A stretch of 63,236 nt of DNA, counting the filler, from Welwitschia mirabilis (taxonomy: Eukaryota), in NCBI GenBank assembly GCA_051453625.1. It is 4 parts of one record of this genome, joined end to end, with 100 filler letters (N's around TTAATTAATTAA, not from the genome) between each part and the next. Parts side by side here need not be neighbours in the genome. Positions count along the whole stretch, not along the records: positions 51,525 to 58,842 come from JBOZIK010000001.1; positions 58,943 to 63,236 come from JBOZIK010000001.1; 2 more parts are not named here. One strand, given 5' to 3'. Each line of letters begins with the position of its first letter. Position 1 is the stretch's first letter. The notes beneath the pieces are model-generated. The model did no database searches, was not told the origin of the DNA, and saw only the letters and a list, made by a program, of their open reading frames with translations. Shown piece by piece: positions 52,805 through 63,236 of the stretch. The position numbers were made by a program, and so were the translations under genes.

Positions 52805-53840
52805 TGTTGAAGAAAAGAAGTTCAATGATGATGAAGCAACCACCATCAGAATCAATGTAAGCTTCCCGACACCTTATGAATCTGAAATTCAATGAAAAGT
52901 CAAAAGCATGAGCCTAAACAAATGATTTTCTGAGAGAAACTAGTCGGGACATTCGANNNNNNNNNNNNNNNNNNNNNNNNNNNNNNNNNNNNNNNNNNNN
53001 NNNNNNNNNNNNNNNNNNNNNNNNNNNNNNNNNNNNNNNNNNNNNNNNNNNNNNNNNNNNNNNNNNNNNNNNNNNNNNNNNNNNNNNNNNNNNNNNNNNN
53101 NNNNNNNNNNNNNNNNNNNNNNNNNNNNNNNNNNNNNNNNNNNNNNNNNNNNNNNNNNNNNNNNNNNNNNNNNNNNNNNNNNNNNNNNNNNNNNNNNNNN
53201 NNNNNNNNNNNNNNNNNNNNNNNNNNNNNNNNNNNNNNNNNNNNNNNNNNNNNNNNNNNNNNNNNNNNNNNNNNNNNNNNNNNNNNNNNNNNNNNNNNNN
53301 NNNNNNNNNNNNNNNNNNNNNNNNNNNNNNNNNNNNNNNNNNNNNNNNNNNNNNNNNNNNNNNNNNNNNNNNNNNNNNNNNNNNNNNNNNNNNNNNNNNN
53401 NNNNNNNNNNNNNNNNNNNNNNNNNNNNNNNNNNNNNNNNNNNNNNNNNNNNNNNNNNNNNNNNNNNNNNNNNNNNNNNNNNNNNNNNNNNNNNNNNNNN
53501 NNNNNNNNNNNNNNNNNNNNNNNNNNNNNNNNNNNNNNNNNNNNNNNNNNNNNNNNNNNNNNNNNNNNNNNNNNNNNNNNNNNNNNNNNNNNNNNNNNNN
53601 NNNNNNNNNNNNNNNNNNNNNNNNNNNNNNNNNNNNNNNNNNNNNNNNNNNNNNNNNNNNNNNNNNNNNNNNNNNNNNNNNNNNNNNNNNNNNNNNNNNN
53701 NNNNNNNNNNNNNNNNNNNNNNNNNNNNNNNNNNNNNNNNNNNNNNNNNNNNNNNNNNNNNNNNNNNNNNNNNNNNNNNNNNNNNNNNNNNNNNNNNNNN
53801 NNNNNNNNNNNNNNNNNNNNNNNNNNNNNNNNNNNNNNNN

Positions 53841-55134
53841 AATCTAGCACAGAGGATTCCTTCTTCAATAGATCACTAAGTGAAGTACAAGTAGAAGAAT
53901 GACAGAGATGAATTTTTTACAACAGTTTGGAACAGTAACCCTTTCAAGGGGTTTTTAAATGACTTATATAGACATCACTATGAAAATAGCTGTTGGATCT
54001 TTTTTATGGGATCCCTAACCGTTGGTCTGCTATTATAAACGTTGGAACCGCATCCCAAAGAGGTTTTAACCATTGGTTCTTACGTTTTTGCTCCAAAACC
54101 GCATCGTTCTGGCGTCTGCAACGTTCATATTCTTTTAGGTCGGACGTCCCACTTTCTTATACCAGACGTCCCGGTTAGAACGTTAAGTCTCTGAGTTAGA
54201 TCCGGACGTTCCAGTTTTAGATTCGGACGTCCCTATATATTTTTACTGCATATAGGTCCGGACGTCCTGTCTTGCAGGTCGGACGTCCCAATACATTTAG
54301 ACTGTGTGTGATCTGGACGTCCTAGATAGCAGGCCGGACGTCCCATTATATTTGGACCACGTTCAGTTCCGGACGTCCCAATATATTTGGACCATGTTCA
54401 GTTCCGGACGTCCCCTCTAGCAGGTCGGACGTCCCTATACATTTGGACCGCATTCAATGCCGGACATCCCATCTAGCAGCCTAGACTTCCCTATACATTT
54501 GGACTGCGTTCAGTGCCAGACGTCCCAGTTTGAGAGGCGGACATCCCGTTTGGCACAGTTTCTAATTTTCCACATGAAACAGTGCGTTGTTGCCAGTCCT
54601 TGCTCATCATTGAAACCAATTATCTCTACACCAAAATGTGGTCGGACGTCCCATCTTTTTGCCATAGAAACCTCAGACGTCCCATTTTGAAGTTCGCACG
54701 TTGCATGATCTTTGACCTGTGATTTACTCGGACGTCCCAAATTAAAACTTAGATGTCCCAATTTGAACTGGGTATAGATGATGAATTTCTTATCTAGACA
54801 TCCCAATCTGCTGTGTCGGATGTCCCACTTTGCATGAGGTTTTGGGTACCAACTTTCTTATTCGGACGCCCTGGTGTACTATGTCAGACGTCCCACTTTG
54901 CAGGTACTTCTTTGCAATATCCGTGAGGAGGCCTAGACATCCCATTGTAAGGGGTCGGATGTCCCATTTTGAGAGTTCTTTTGTAAAAAAGTCGTGAGGG
55001 GTCCGAAATGTCCCATTGCGAGGGGTCGAATGTCCTATCATGTATTACTTGCAGATTTTGTTGTTTTTATCTTGTTCTTTGAACTTTGGGTTTTCATCAT
55101 TAAAACTTCTTGATATCTTTGATTTGTCGTAACA
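53841..55134 (-). mobile_element. Separate, better-preserved LTR in minus orientation inserted in the tip of the 5' LTR of element H
   Basis: The minus strand begins TGTTACGAC...GTTTTAATGATGAAAAC at 55134, then a palindrome-rich U3 and a TATA box GTCTATATAAG (~53963-53973, minus). The other end is in the gap. Confidence 0.7.
54137..55040. repeat. Array of GGACGTCC palindromes with a ~57-bp higher-order unit
   Basis: More than 20 perfect or transition-decayed (C)GGACGTCC copies. Example unit: GTTCAGTTCCGGACGTCCCCTCTAGCAGGTCGGACGTCCCTATACATTTGGACCGC. Confidence 0.9.
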
Positions 55135-55150
55135 ATTCGATCCTAACAAT

Positions 55151-55162
55151 TGGTATCAGAGC
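55151..55162 (+). promoter_or_regulatory. tRNA-iMet primer-binding site of element H
   Basis: TGGTATCAGAGC, 2 nt after the LTR end CA. Confidence 0.95.
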
Positions 55163-55211
55163 CTGGTTGCTCTAGATTAGTGTATTCGTGTATTCCTTTT
55201 CAGGTGTATCT

Positions 55212-58200
55212 ATGGCATCCTCAAACTATTCAAAAGGTCATGCTGTATCGAGACCATCCTTTTTTTATGGAAACAACTATGCCCATTCGAAGCCTAGGAT
55301 AAGCATCTTTTTGACATTCCTCCATCCAAACATTTGGGATTTGGTAGAGTTTGGATACCAACCACCTATGAAGATTGATGCAAATGGAGGAGTGACCCTA
55401 AAACCCAAAGGTGAATGGGATAAATATGACAAAAGAATAATCCAGAATAATGCCAAGGCTATGAACACTATAATCTGTGCTTTATCAACCAAGGAGTATG
55501 ACAGGATAGTATAATGTACCAGTGCCAAAGAAATGTGAGAAACTCTAAAGGTGGCAGATGAAGGGACTAATATTGTAAAGAATTCAAAGCTCCAGCTTCT
55601 CGCCACCAAGTTGGAAAATATCAAGATGGAAGAATCAAAATCAGCGGCAGAATATACTACCAAGATCAGTAACATTGTCAACAACATGTGGGGATTGGAT
55701 GAAAGAACACCTAAAAATCGAGTAGTAAGAAAAATTCTAAGAAGTCTTATTATGAAGTTCAAACCTATAAGATAACAGCAATTGAAGAAAGCAAGGACAT
55801 AGATAGGATGAAGGTGGAGGACTGGAAAGGATCTTTGATGGCCTACGAAGCGACTCTTCTTTCAGACGAAGAAACCACAAAAGGGAAGAGCATTGCATTG
55901 AAAGCAAATGAAGAGTCCAATGACAGTAGTTCAAGTGAAGACAACCTTGATGAAGATCCTGCTCTCCTCACTAAGAACTTCAAGCGGTTCCTATACAAGA
56001 AGAAGGAATCAAAATTCTCCGAACGACCATTGAAAAGTAAAATGGGCAAAGATAAGAAATCTCTTCAATCTATTCAATGCTATAAATGCAAAGGCTTTGG
56101 TTATGTAGCTGCAGACTGTGCAAACAACAAGAAAGATAGAAGGGACAAGGGAAATAAAGTATTCAAGGCTACATGGGATGAGTCAAATGAAGAACGAGTT
56201 GACTCTAGCAATGAGGATACATGGTGAACTTCAGGCTTCTTGCTATAACAGAAGAGATAAGTACATCTACCCTTTCTAGTCATTCGAATGTTGATATTGC
56301 TTCTAGATCTAGACATAAATTCTCTGAAAATATCTCTCTTCCTTGCAACAATCTAGATGTTGATGAAATCTCGGACGCTTATGAGAAATTATATTCTTTT
56401 AGCTCAAATCTAGGGAAGAAAAAATGCTTCATACAGAAAAAACAATTGATAATTTAGAATGTAAATTAAAAGAAGCCAACTTAGAAATTATTTCCTTAAG
56501 CCTTGAACTTCAAGACGCTAAGGTTATAGCAACTTGTTTAACCAGAGGAAATTACAACTTAAACAAACTATTGGGGATGGGACGGAGTCCGTGGGACAAA
56601 TTAGAACTTGACTGTAGCAAGACTAGTTCACCTATTTTACAAAATTTTGTCCCTAGCTCAAAATATGAATCCTTTGCCAAAACCAGCCTTAAATGTTAAT
56701 TTTGCAATAAACATGGCCACATACAATTCACTTGTCCCTATAAGAAATTCCTGTACTTCAATCTAAACTATGGTTTCAGATTTGTCAGAAAAACCCCTCA
56801 AACCTTTCAACATTGGCATGTCAAACCACAATGGGTCAAAAAGAAGTTACCCTCACTTTTCGCACATGTAGCATTTANNNNNNNNNNNNNNNNNNNNNNN
56901 NNNNNNNNNNNNNNNNNNNNNNNNNNNNNNNNNNNNNNNNNNNNNNNNNNNNNNNNNNNNNNNNNNNNNNNNNNNNNNNNNNNNNNNNNNNNNNNNNNNN
57001 NNNNNNNNNNNNNNNNNNNNNNNNNNNNNNNNNNNNNNNNNNNNNNNNNNNNNNNNNTTCATGATGTGTATCAGAATGCTATCACCAACAAAGTTGTGCT
57101 CACTAGCAGTAGATCACAATGCATGTATGTTATTGGAAAGAACAACATCAAATCTAATGAGAATTGCGACTTAGCCAAAGATGATGATATCAATCTCTAG
57201 CATAAGAGATTGGGTCATATAAATCTTAAGGATCTAACCAAGATCACTTCAACAGAAATTGTGAAAAGAGTTTACAAACTCAACATGAATCAAGCAAAGA
57301 TGTGTGAGTCTTGTGTGAAAGGAAAAAAACCAAAACTCACTTCAAGAGCAAATCTATCACAACCACCATAAGACCACTGGATCTAATTCATATGGATCCC
57401 ATTGGATCTGTTCAAACTGGAAGCATTGTTGGTAAAAGATACTTTCTAGTAATGGCTGATGATTTCTTACGTTATTGTTGGGTCTCTTTCTTATTTAGTA
57501 AGGACGAAGCGTTTGATGCATTCATCAAGATATGTAAGAGAATTCAAAATGAGAAAGGGTACATCATTAAGTCTATAAGATCAGATAGAGGAGGTGAGTT
57601 TGTTAATGAAAGATTTGAGAGCTTTTGTGACTCACATAGCATATCTCATCAACTCTCAGCCCCAAAAACACCTCAACAAAACAGGGTAGCTGAAAGGAAA
57701 AACAAAGTGCTAATAGAAATGGCTAGGACCATGATAAATGACAAAGTGCAACCTCAACATTTTTGGGCAAAAAATAGTTAATACTGCTTGTTACATTAGC
57801 AACAGAGTCCTTTTAAGACCAAATACAGATAAAACTCCTTATGAGTTATGGAATGGAAAGAAGTTACCATAAGTTACTTTAAAGTGTTTGGAAGCAAATG
57901 CTTAATTCTCAAGGACAAAGGAGAAACTAGAAAGTTTGAGTCTAAAGCTGATGAAGGAATATTTTTAGGATATTCCATGATAAGCAAAGCATACATAGTT
58001 GATAACAAAATATCTTGTAGAGTTGAAGAAACAGTTCATGTTAAAATTGATGATGACTGTTACATTAAACCAACATCTGATGATATTGAAGATATTATTC
58101 TTGTTGAACCTACCACATCTAAAATCAGCAATGATTTATCCACAAATGAAAAGGATCAAGCTTAGAAACATACTACCCTACCCTTGAGAACAAAAAGAGA

Positions 58201-58842
58201 TCACCCTCAAGAAAATGTCCTAAGTAATCTAGAACAAGGAACGACAACAAGAAGTAAAAGAACTATAAGTACCAGTTTTTTGTGTTTTCTATCTATCTTA
58301 GAACCAAACACCTTCCAAGAAGCCAAACAAGATAAATCTTGGATGTTTGCTACGCAACAGGAACTAAACTAATTTGAACATAATAAAGTTTGGGATCTTG
58401 TACCTCATCCAAAGGGTAAACACATAATTGGGACAAAATGAATTTTTAAGAATAAAAGGATGAAAATCACAACGTCATTCAAAATAAGGCAAGACTAGTT
58501 GCTCAAGGATATAGCCGACAAGAAGGGATAGACTATGGGGAAACTTTTGCCCTAGTAGCCAAACTTGAAGTCATTAGAATGCTGCTGGTCTTTGCTTGTT
58601 ATCACAAGATAAGACTATAACAAATGGATGTTAAAAGCGCCTTTCTAAATGGCTACATCACTAAGGAAGTTTATATGGCTCAACCACCTAGATTTGTTAA
58701 CTCAAAATTTCCAAATCATGTTTATAAACTCAACAAGGCTCTATATGAGCTCAAACAAGCTTTATGTGCTTTGAGAGACTAACCTCCTTCTTGGTAACCA
58801 ATGGGTTTTCAAAAGAAGTGCTGATCCAACTCTGTTCATTAA
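55212..58842 (+). pseudogene. Decayed copia gag-pol of element H, truncated within RT
   Basis: GHAVSRPSFFYGNNYAH; CYKCKGFGYVAADC; coiled-coil-like segment; second knuckle C*FCNKHGHIQFTCP; IN RPLDLIHMD..IRSDRGGEF..PKTPQQNRVAERKN; RT QMDVKSAFLNG. Confidence 0.92.
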
Positions 58843-58942
58843 NNNNNNNNNNNNNNNNNNNNNNNNNNNNNNNNNNNNNNNNNNNNTTAATTAATTAANN
58901 NNNNNNNNNNNNNNNNNNNNNNNNNNNNNNNNNNNNNNNNNN
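58843..58942. other. Artificial scaffold linker 44N-TTAATTAATTAA-44N
   Basis: 12-mer at 58887-58898. Confidence 0.95.
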
Positions 58943-59190
58943 TAAGATTGATCAATGACAAGTTGAATGGACTTGTGTAAAAGTGACATTGACATGTATG
59001 ACAATGATAAGATTGATCATTGACAAGTTGGATAGACTTTATGTAAAAGTGATTTGGACATGTGAATGACAATGATACGATTAATTAATAACAAGTTGAA
59101 TGAGCTTGTGTAGATGTGAAATTAATAAGATTAATCAATGAAAAGTTGTAAAAGCTTCTGTAAAAGGTGAAAGTGATGTATGAATGACAA
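58943..59190. repeat. Tandem repeat with a ~65-bp unit, about 4 degenerating copies
   Basis: Unit TAAGATTGATCAATGACAAGTTGAATGGACTTGTGTAAAAGTGACATTGACATGTATGACAATGA, restarting at ~58943, 59007, 59076 and 59126. Confidence 0.8.
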
Positions 59191-60379
59191 AAGGAATCTT
59201 ATTTATGACTCATGCACCTAATTTGGTTGAGTAATCTTCTTTCTTTAATTAACAAGATTAATTACATGCATCATTTCCTCATGCTAGTTCCTTCTTAATT
59301 CTTCATAGGCTCATATTAATCCAAAACATATTTAAAATGCATTGAAAGAATAGATGCACCAATTTCGATATTGTCATGTGATACAAGAAGAAAAATAATA
59401 TTTTATGCATAAAGTACTTCCACAAATATCAATAAGAATAAAAGTCATGGTAGGATGAATTCTACTCATTTATCCTTTTTAATTTATGGATGAGAGTGCA
59501 TGTCCTTATTCACATGTTTACAGTCTTCATGATCCATCATATCAACAACACAAATAACAAGAAAGGAATGCCATAATTAAATGTAATAAAAATGTCATAA
59601 TGGGTTGTAAGAAGATGTCATAATTGAATGTAAGAAATTATCATAGTTGAACATAGTACTCTTACTCATTATTATTTCACTTTTACCAAGTAATTTTAGT
59701 TTCCTTTAAAACTTGAATAAAACACATAAATAAATTATTAAAATAAATATGTCATATGCCATTTTTTTATAGATATTATTTTATATCTTCATATGGAATT
59801 TTTTTCTCAATTTAACTATTTAACCATGTAAAATGACTTGCCTAATCATAAATAAGTTTGTTTAGTATTAAAATTCTTATAATCATTATTATAACTTGAA
59901 ATAATAAATTGCCTAAAACTATGTTTAAATAATTAAGTAACCTTATGAGTATCTACAATGTTTGACAATAATACATTATCGTTTGTAAGGCTACACATAA
60001 GTTCTCACTAGGAATTTAAAAAAAGAGTTTTCATTAAAATTGATATCAAAATATATTACATATTTTAGAAACTCCTATAGTCATTAATTAAATTTTACAA
60101 AATGTGGATTATCACACATTAATTGGCTAAGAAATAGTGATAAGCATACCAAATTATTCTTTAAATTAATCAATCAAAAGAGCTAGACTAAGATGATAAA
60201 GTGAGTAATATGGAATAGTCAAGTTTATGATGAGAAAACAAAATAGTGTCCTAGCTTTAATGATGGTTAGTGGAAGTTTTCATAAAATTTTGGGAAATAG
60301 TTGAAGGTTGAATGGAAAAGACCTTTTAAAAACCATGGAATTGAGGTTCATCCCCTATGCCTATAATAATAATTATGTT

Positions 60380-63236
60380 TAATAGGATCAAGAACCTCGG
60401 GGGCGGGGGAGGAGGGCATGAATAGGTTCTTAAAATTACAACACAATATACTAAACAAATCTAAGATAAATCAAAAACTTGCATAAAATAATTCACTAAA
60501 CCAAAATGTGCATGGAAAAAAGTTAACAGAAGTAAAGAAATAAACCAACTGAAATAACAAAAGTATCAAATAGATGCACACAGGATTTATAGTGATTCGA
60601 AAAACCCCTTACTCCACTCTTGATGATCCGCTTATCTCCAAGCTTGATTTGGTTCTTCGTTACTCCACTAGGTATTCCAGGTTCACCTGTAATCTTTACA
60701 AATGGATATTTCTAGGCTTAGTGTCAACCTTTAAATGGACTTTTCAAGGCTTATTCTTAACCTTTGAATGAAATTTTCAAGGGTTAGTCTCAACCTTTTA
60801 CAATATAAAGTAGTGATGCAATGATGCCAATATGCACGAATATCACTCGTTCTTGATACAATGAATTTGATGGATCTCTTCTTCTATAGATGTACAATAG
60901 ATAAAACACAGGATCTAATCTTGAATGTAGAGATGATATAAATAATAGATCTTCCTTAGTCAAAAATATCATAAGGTTACAATGCTCGTTTCTTAGATCC
61001 AACAGAAACACAGTTGACAATGATTCCAAAGGATTTTGTAGTCATCTATCTCTTAGTTATTTATATTAGAAAGATTTTAGGATTTATTATATTTGAAATG
61101 CACTTTTAATGGCTATAAATGGCTAGAAAATAGCTATCTAATGGATACATAATGGATATCAAATGGATTAAAAATTTTAATTCTATTCCATCTAGTTGAC
61201 CCCTTAAAAATCTAGTCAACTTTATCTAGTGTGTAGAATTTGACCCTTTTATACCTTTTCCTCATTAAATGAATTGTAAGGGATACATGTGTAATCGTAT
61301 TAAAGAATTACAACTTCCATCAGTTGTATTGTACCAATACTGACTCATGCAAAGAATATCTTCTAGTCAAAAACTAGGCCAAATAAAACATTTAATTATT
61401 TTTTTAATCTAATTTTTTAGTTTTTTTCTTCTTTTTCCTTGATTTTTTATGAAAAAAGTTCCTTATTTGCTGCAAATTTTTATGAAAAAATTTCTTTATC
61501 CATGATCTTTTCTTTATCCTCAATTTTTTATGAAAGTTAAAGTATTTTTCTTTTTCTGAAGGATCCCCTTCTTCCAAAACCAAATGGTTTAGTATTCAAA
61601 ATTGCTCTAGTCCCCTTACAAAATGTTTGTTATGAGGTTAGCCATATACTTCCCATGTTTTTAGCAATTAACATGACATCATAAAATGANNNNNNNNNNN
61701 NNNNNNNNNNNNNNNNNNNNNNNNNNNNNNNNNNNNNNNNNNNNNNNNNNNNNNNNNNNNNNNNNNNNNNNNNNNNNNNNNNNNNNNNNAGTCACCCTAA
61801 TGTCTTATGGATTCATGTCTAATCGATTTCATCTAAGTCAAGTCAACCTCAGTCTAATCGCCCTCAATAAAATCTGGTCACTCGCTTATCCTAATAAAGA
61901 TCTTTCCAGTTTTCAGCATTAGGTCTGATCAACCCTGTTAGGTGTTTGGTTGACCCCATGATGATTGGCTTAAGAGTATCAACTATATAGTTGTTAGGTC
62001 TAATCAACTCCATCATAGGTCTAGGTAACTCTATANNNNNNNNNNNNNNNNNNNNNNNNNNNNNNNNNNNNNNNNNNNNNNNNNNNNNNNNNNNNNNNNN
62101 NNNNNNNNNNNNNNNNNNNNNNNNNNNNNNNNNNNNNNNNNNNNNNNNNNNNNNNNNNNNNNNNNNNNNNNNNNNNNNNNNNNNNNNNNNNNNNNNNNNN
62201 NNNNNNNNNNNNNNNNNNNNNNNNNNNNNNNNNNNNNNNNNNNNNNNNNNNNNNNNNNNNNNNNNNNNNNNNNNNNNNNNNNNNNNNNNNNNNNNNNNNN
62301 NNNNNNNNNNNNNNNNNNNNNNNNNNNNNNNNNNNNNNNNNNNNNNNNNTTTTTAGTTTTATCTTTTGACCTTCAAGTAATTAACATATTCTGTATAAGA
62401 TACAGAAAATTTGCTATAAAGAAAATGTTAGTTTGATATTAATGGATAAAACATAATCTAACAATCTCTCCCTTTGACATTGTTGGTAAATGATACTTAG
62501 TTGTGAAAAATTTAGGGCTAAAAAAAGCTCCCCCTTATAAAATGCCTATTCCACAATATTATACCTTTTGAAACCATGTTAAAACATTTTGAATAGTTAA
62601 ATTTTGTGCNNNNNNNNNNNNNNNNNNNNNNNNNNNNNNNNNNNNNNNNNNNNNNNNNNNNNNNNNNNNNNNNNNNNNNNNNNNNNNNNNNNNNNNNNNN
62701 NNNNNNNNNNNNNNNNNNNNNNNNNNNNNNNNNNNNNNNNNNNNNNNNNNNNNNNNNNNNNNNNNNNNNNNNNNNNNNNNNNNNNNNNNNNNNNNNNNNN
62801 NNNNNNNNNNNNNNNNNNNNNNNNNNNNNNNNNNNNNNNNNNNNNNNNNNNNNNNNNNNNNNNNNNNNNNNNNNNNNNNNNNNNNNNNNNNNNNNNNNNN
62901 NNNNNNNNNNNNNNNNNNNNNNNNNNNNNNNNNNNNNNNNNNNNNNNNNNNNNNNNNNNNNNNNNNNNNNNNNNCAATTAATTCTCCCTCTTTTAACATT
63001 AATGACAAAGGAAAGAATACAAATACAAAGAAAACATAATTTAAAGTTTCTAATCAGACTCGTCCTTCTCTTCTTCTTTTTCATAATCTGATGACCTCTA
63101 CTGAGTATCAATAATATCATATCCAGTTGCTATGAGTGTTTCCTTTATGTGTCTGGTACGGGAATCAATTCATCTCAGATATGAAAGGGGCTCATCAGGA
63201 GAGGCTTCTTTTAGATAGGAGGCTTATCAGGAGAGG
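60380..63236 (-). mobile_element. Element G: third copy of family B (3' LTR 60380-62463, PPT, 3' end of ORF2), continuing beyond the window
   Basis: Same LTR termini (TAATAGGATC...CATAATCTAACA), PPT at 62464-62476, and 63050-63236 homologous to 14645-14850. Confidence 0.82.

Larger units (their letters stand above)
52805..58842 (+). mobile_element. Element H: Sirevirus-like copia related to C, probably nested in the RT of E; 3' part lost at a scaffold linker
   Basis: LTR start TGTTGAAG at 52805, LTR end GATCCTAACA at 55148, perfect PBS, gag-pol similar to C. The link between 52805 and 55148 crosses an ~885-N gap and is inferred. Confidence 0.7.

Noticed and set aside
54137..55040. CRISPR-like repeat-spacer pattern
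   Set aside because: Repeats are 8-11 bp, the spacers are themselves repeated, there are no cas genes, and the context is a plant LTR.
55277..55762. Hydrophobic antisense ORFs opposite gag (also 26456-26662, 30555-30818)
   Set aside because: Expected shadows of A-rich gag coding strands; no independent evidence.
60200..60330. Possible LINE RT N-terminal remnant (CPSF...KFWEI)
   Set aside because: Very short, needs frameshifts, and no further RT motifs before element G.
1..63236. Species assignment
   Set aside because: TE lineages and THIC indicate a land plant, but nothing visible fixes the taxon without a database search.

Overview
AT-rich, gap-ridden stretch of a draft plant genome assembly, made almost entirely of decayed, nested transposable elements. 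No intact protein-coding gene, rRNA, tRNA or CRISPR array is supported. (i) A degenerate fragment of the thiamine-biosynthesis gene THIC lies at ~811-1215, next to an LTR edge and upstream of a CACTA right end (6460). (ii) A three-level nest: an Athila-like Ty3/gypsy element (18414-25766, -) sits in the gag of a pol-less Sirevirus-like Ty1/copia element (12243-28516, -), which sits in the 5' LTR of a full-structure Sirevirus-like element (12132-39163, +). Each has a 4/5-matching target-site duplication. (iii) Two more copies of the pol-less family occur at 45941-51424 and 60380-63236. (iv) A second copia nest (51525-58842) includes a better-preserved minus-strand LTR with a dense GGACGTCC palindrome array. 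(v) Assembly artefacts: 44N-TTAATTAATTAA-44N joins and diverged duplicates across 100-N gaps. All calls come from manual motif recognition; no searches or alignments were run, and boundaries near gaps are approximate.
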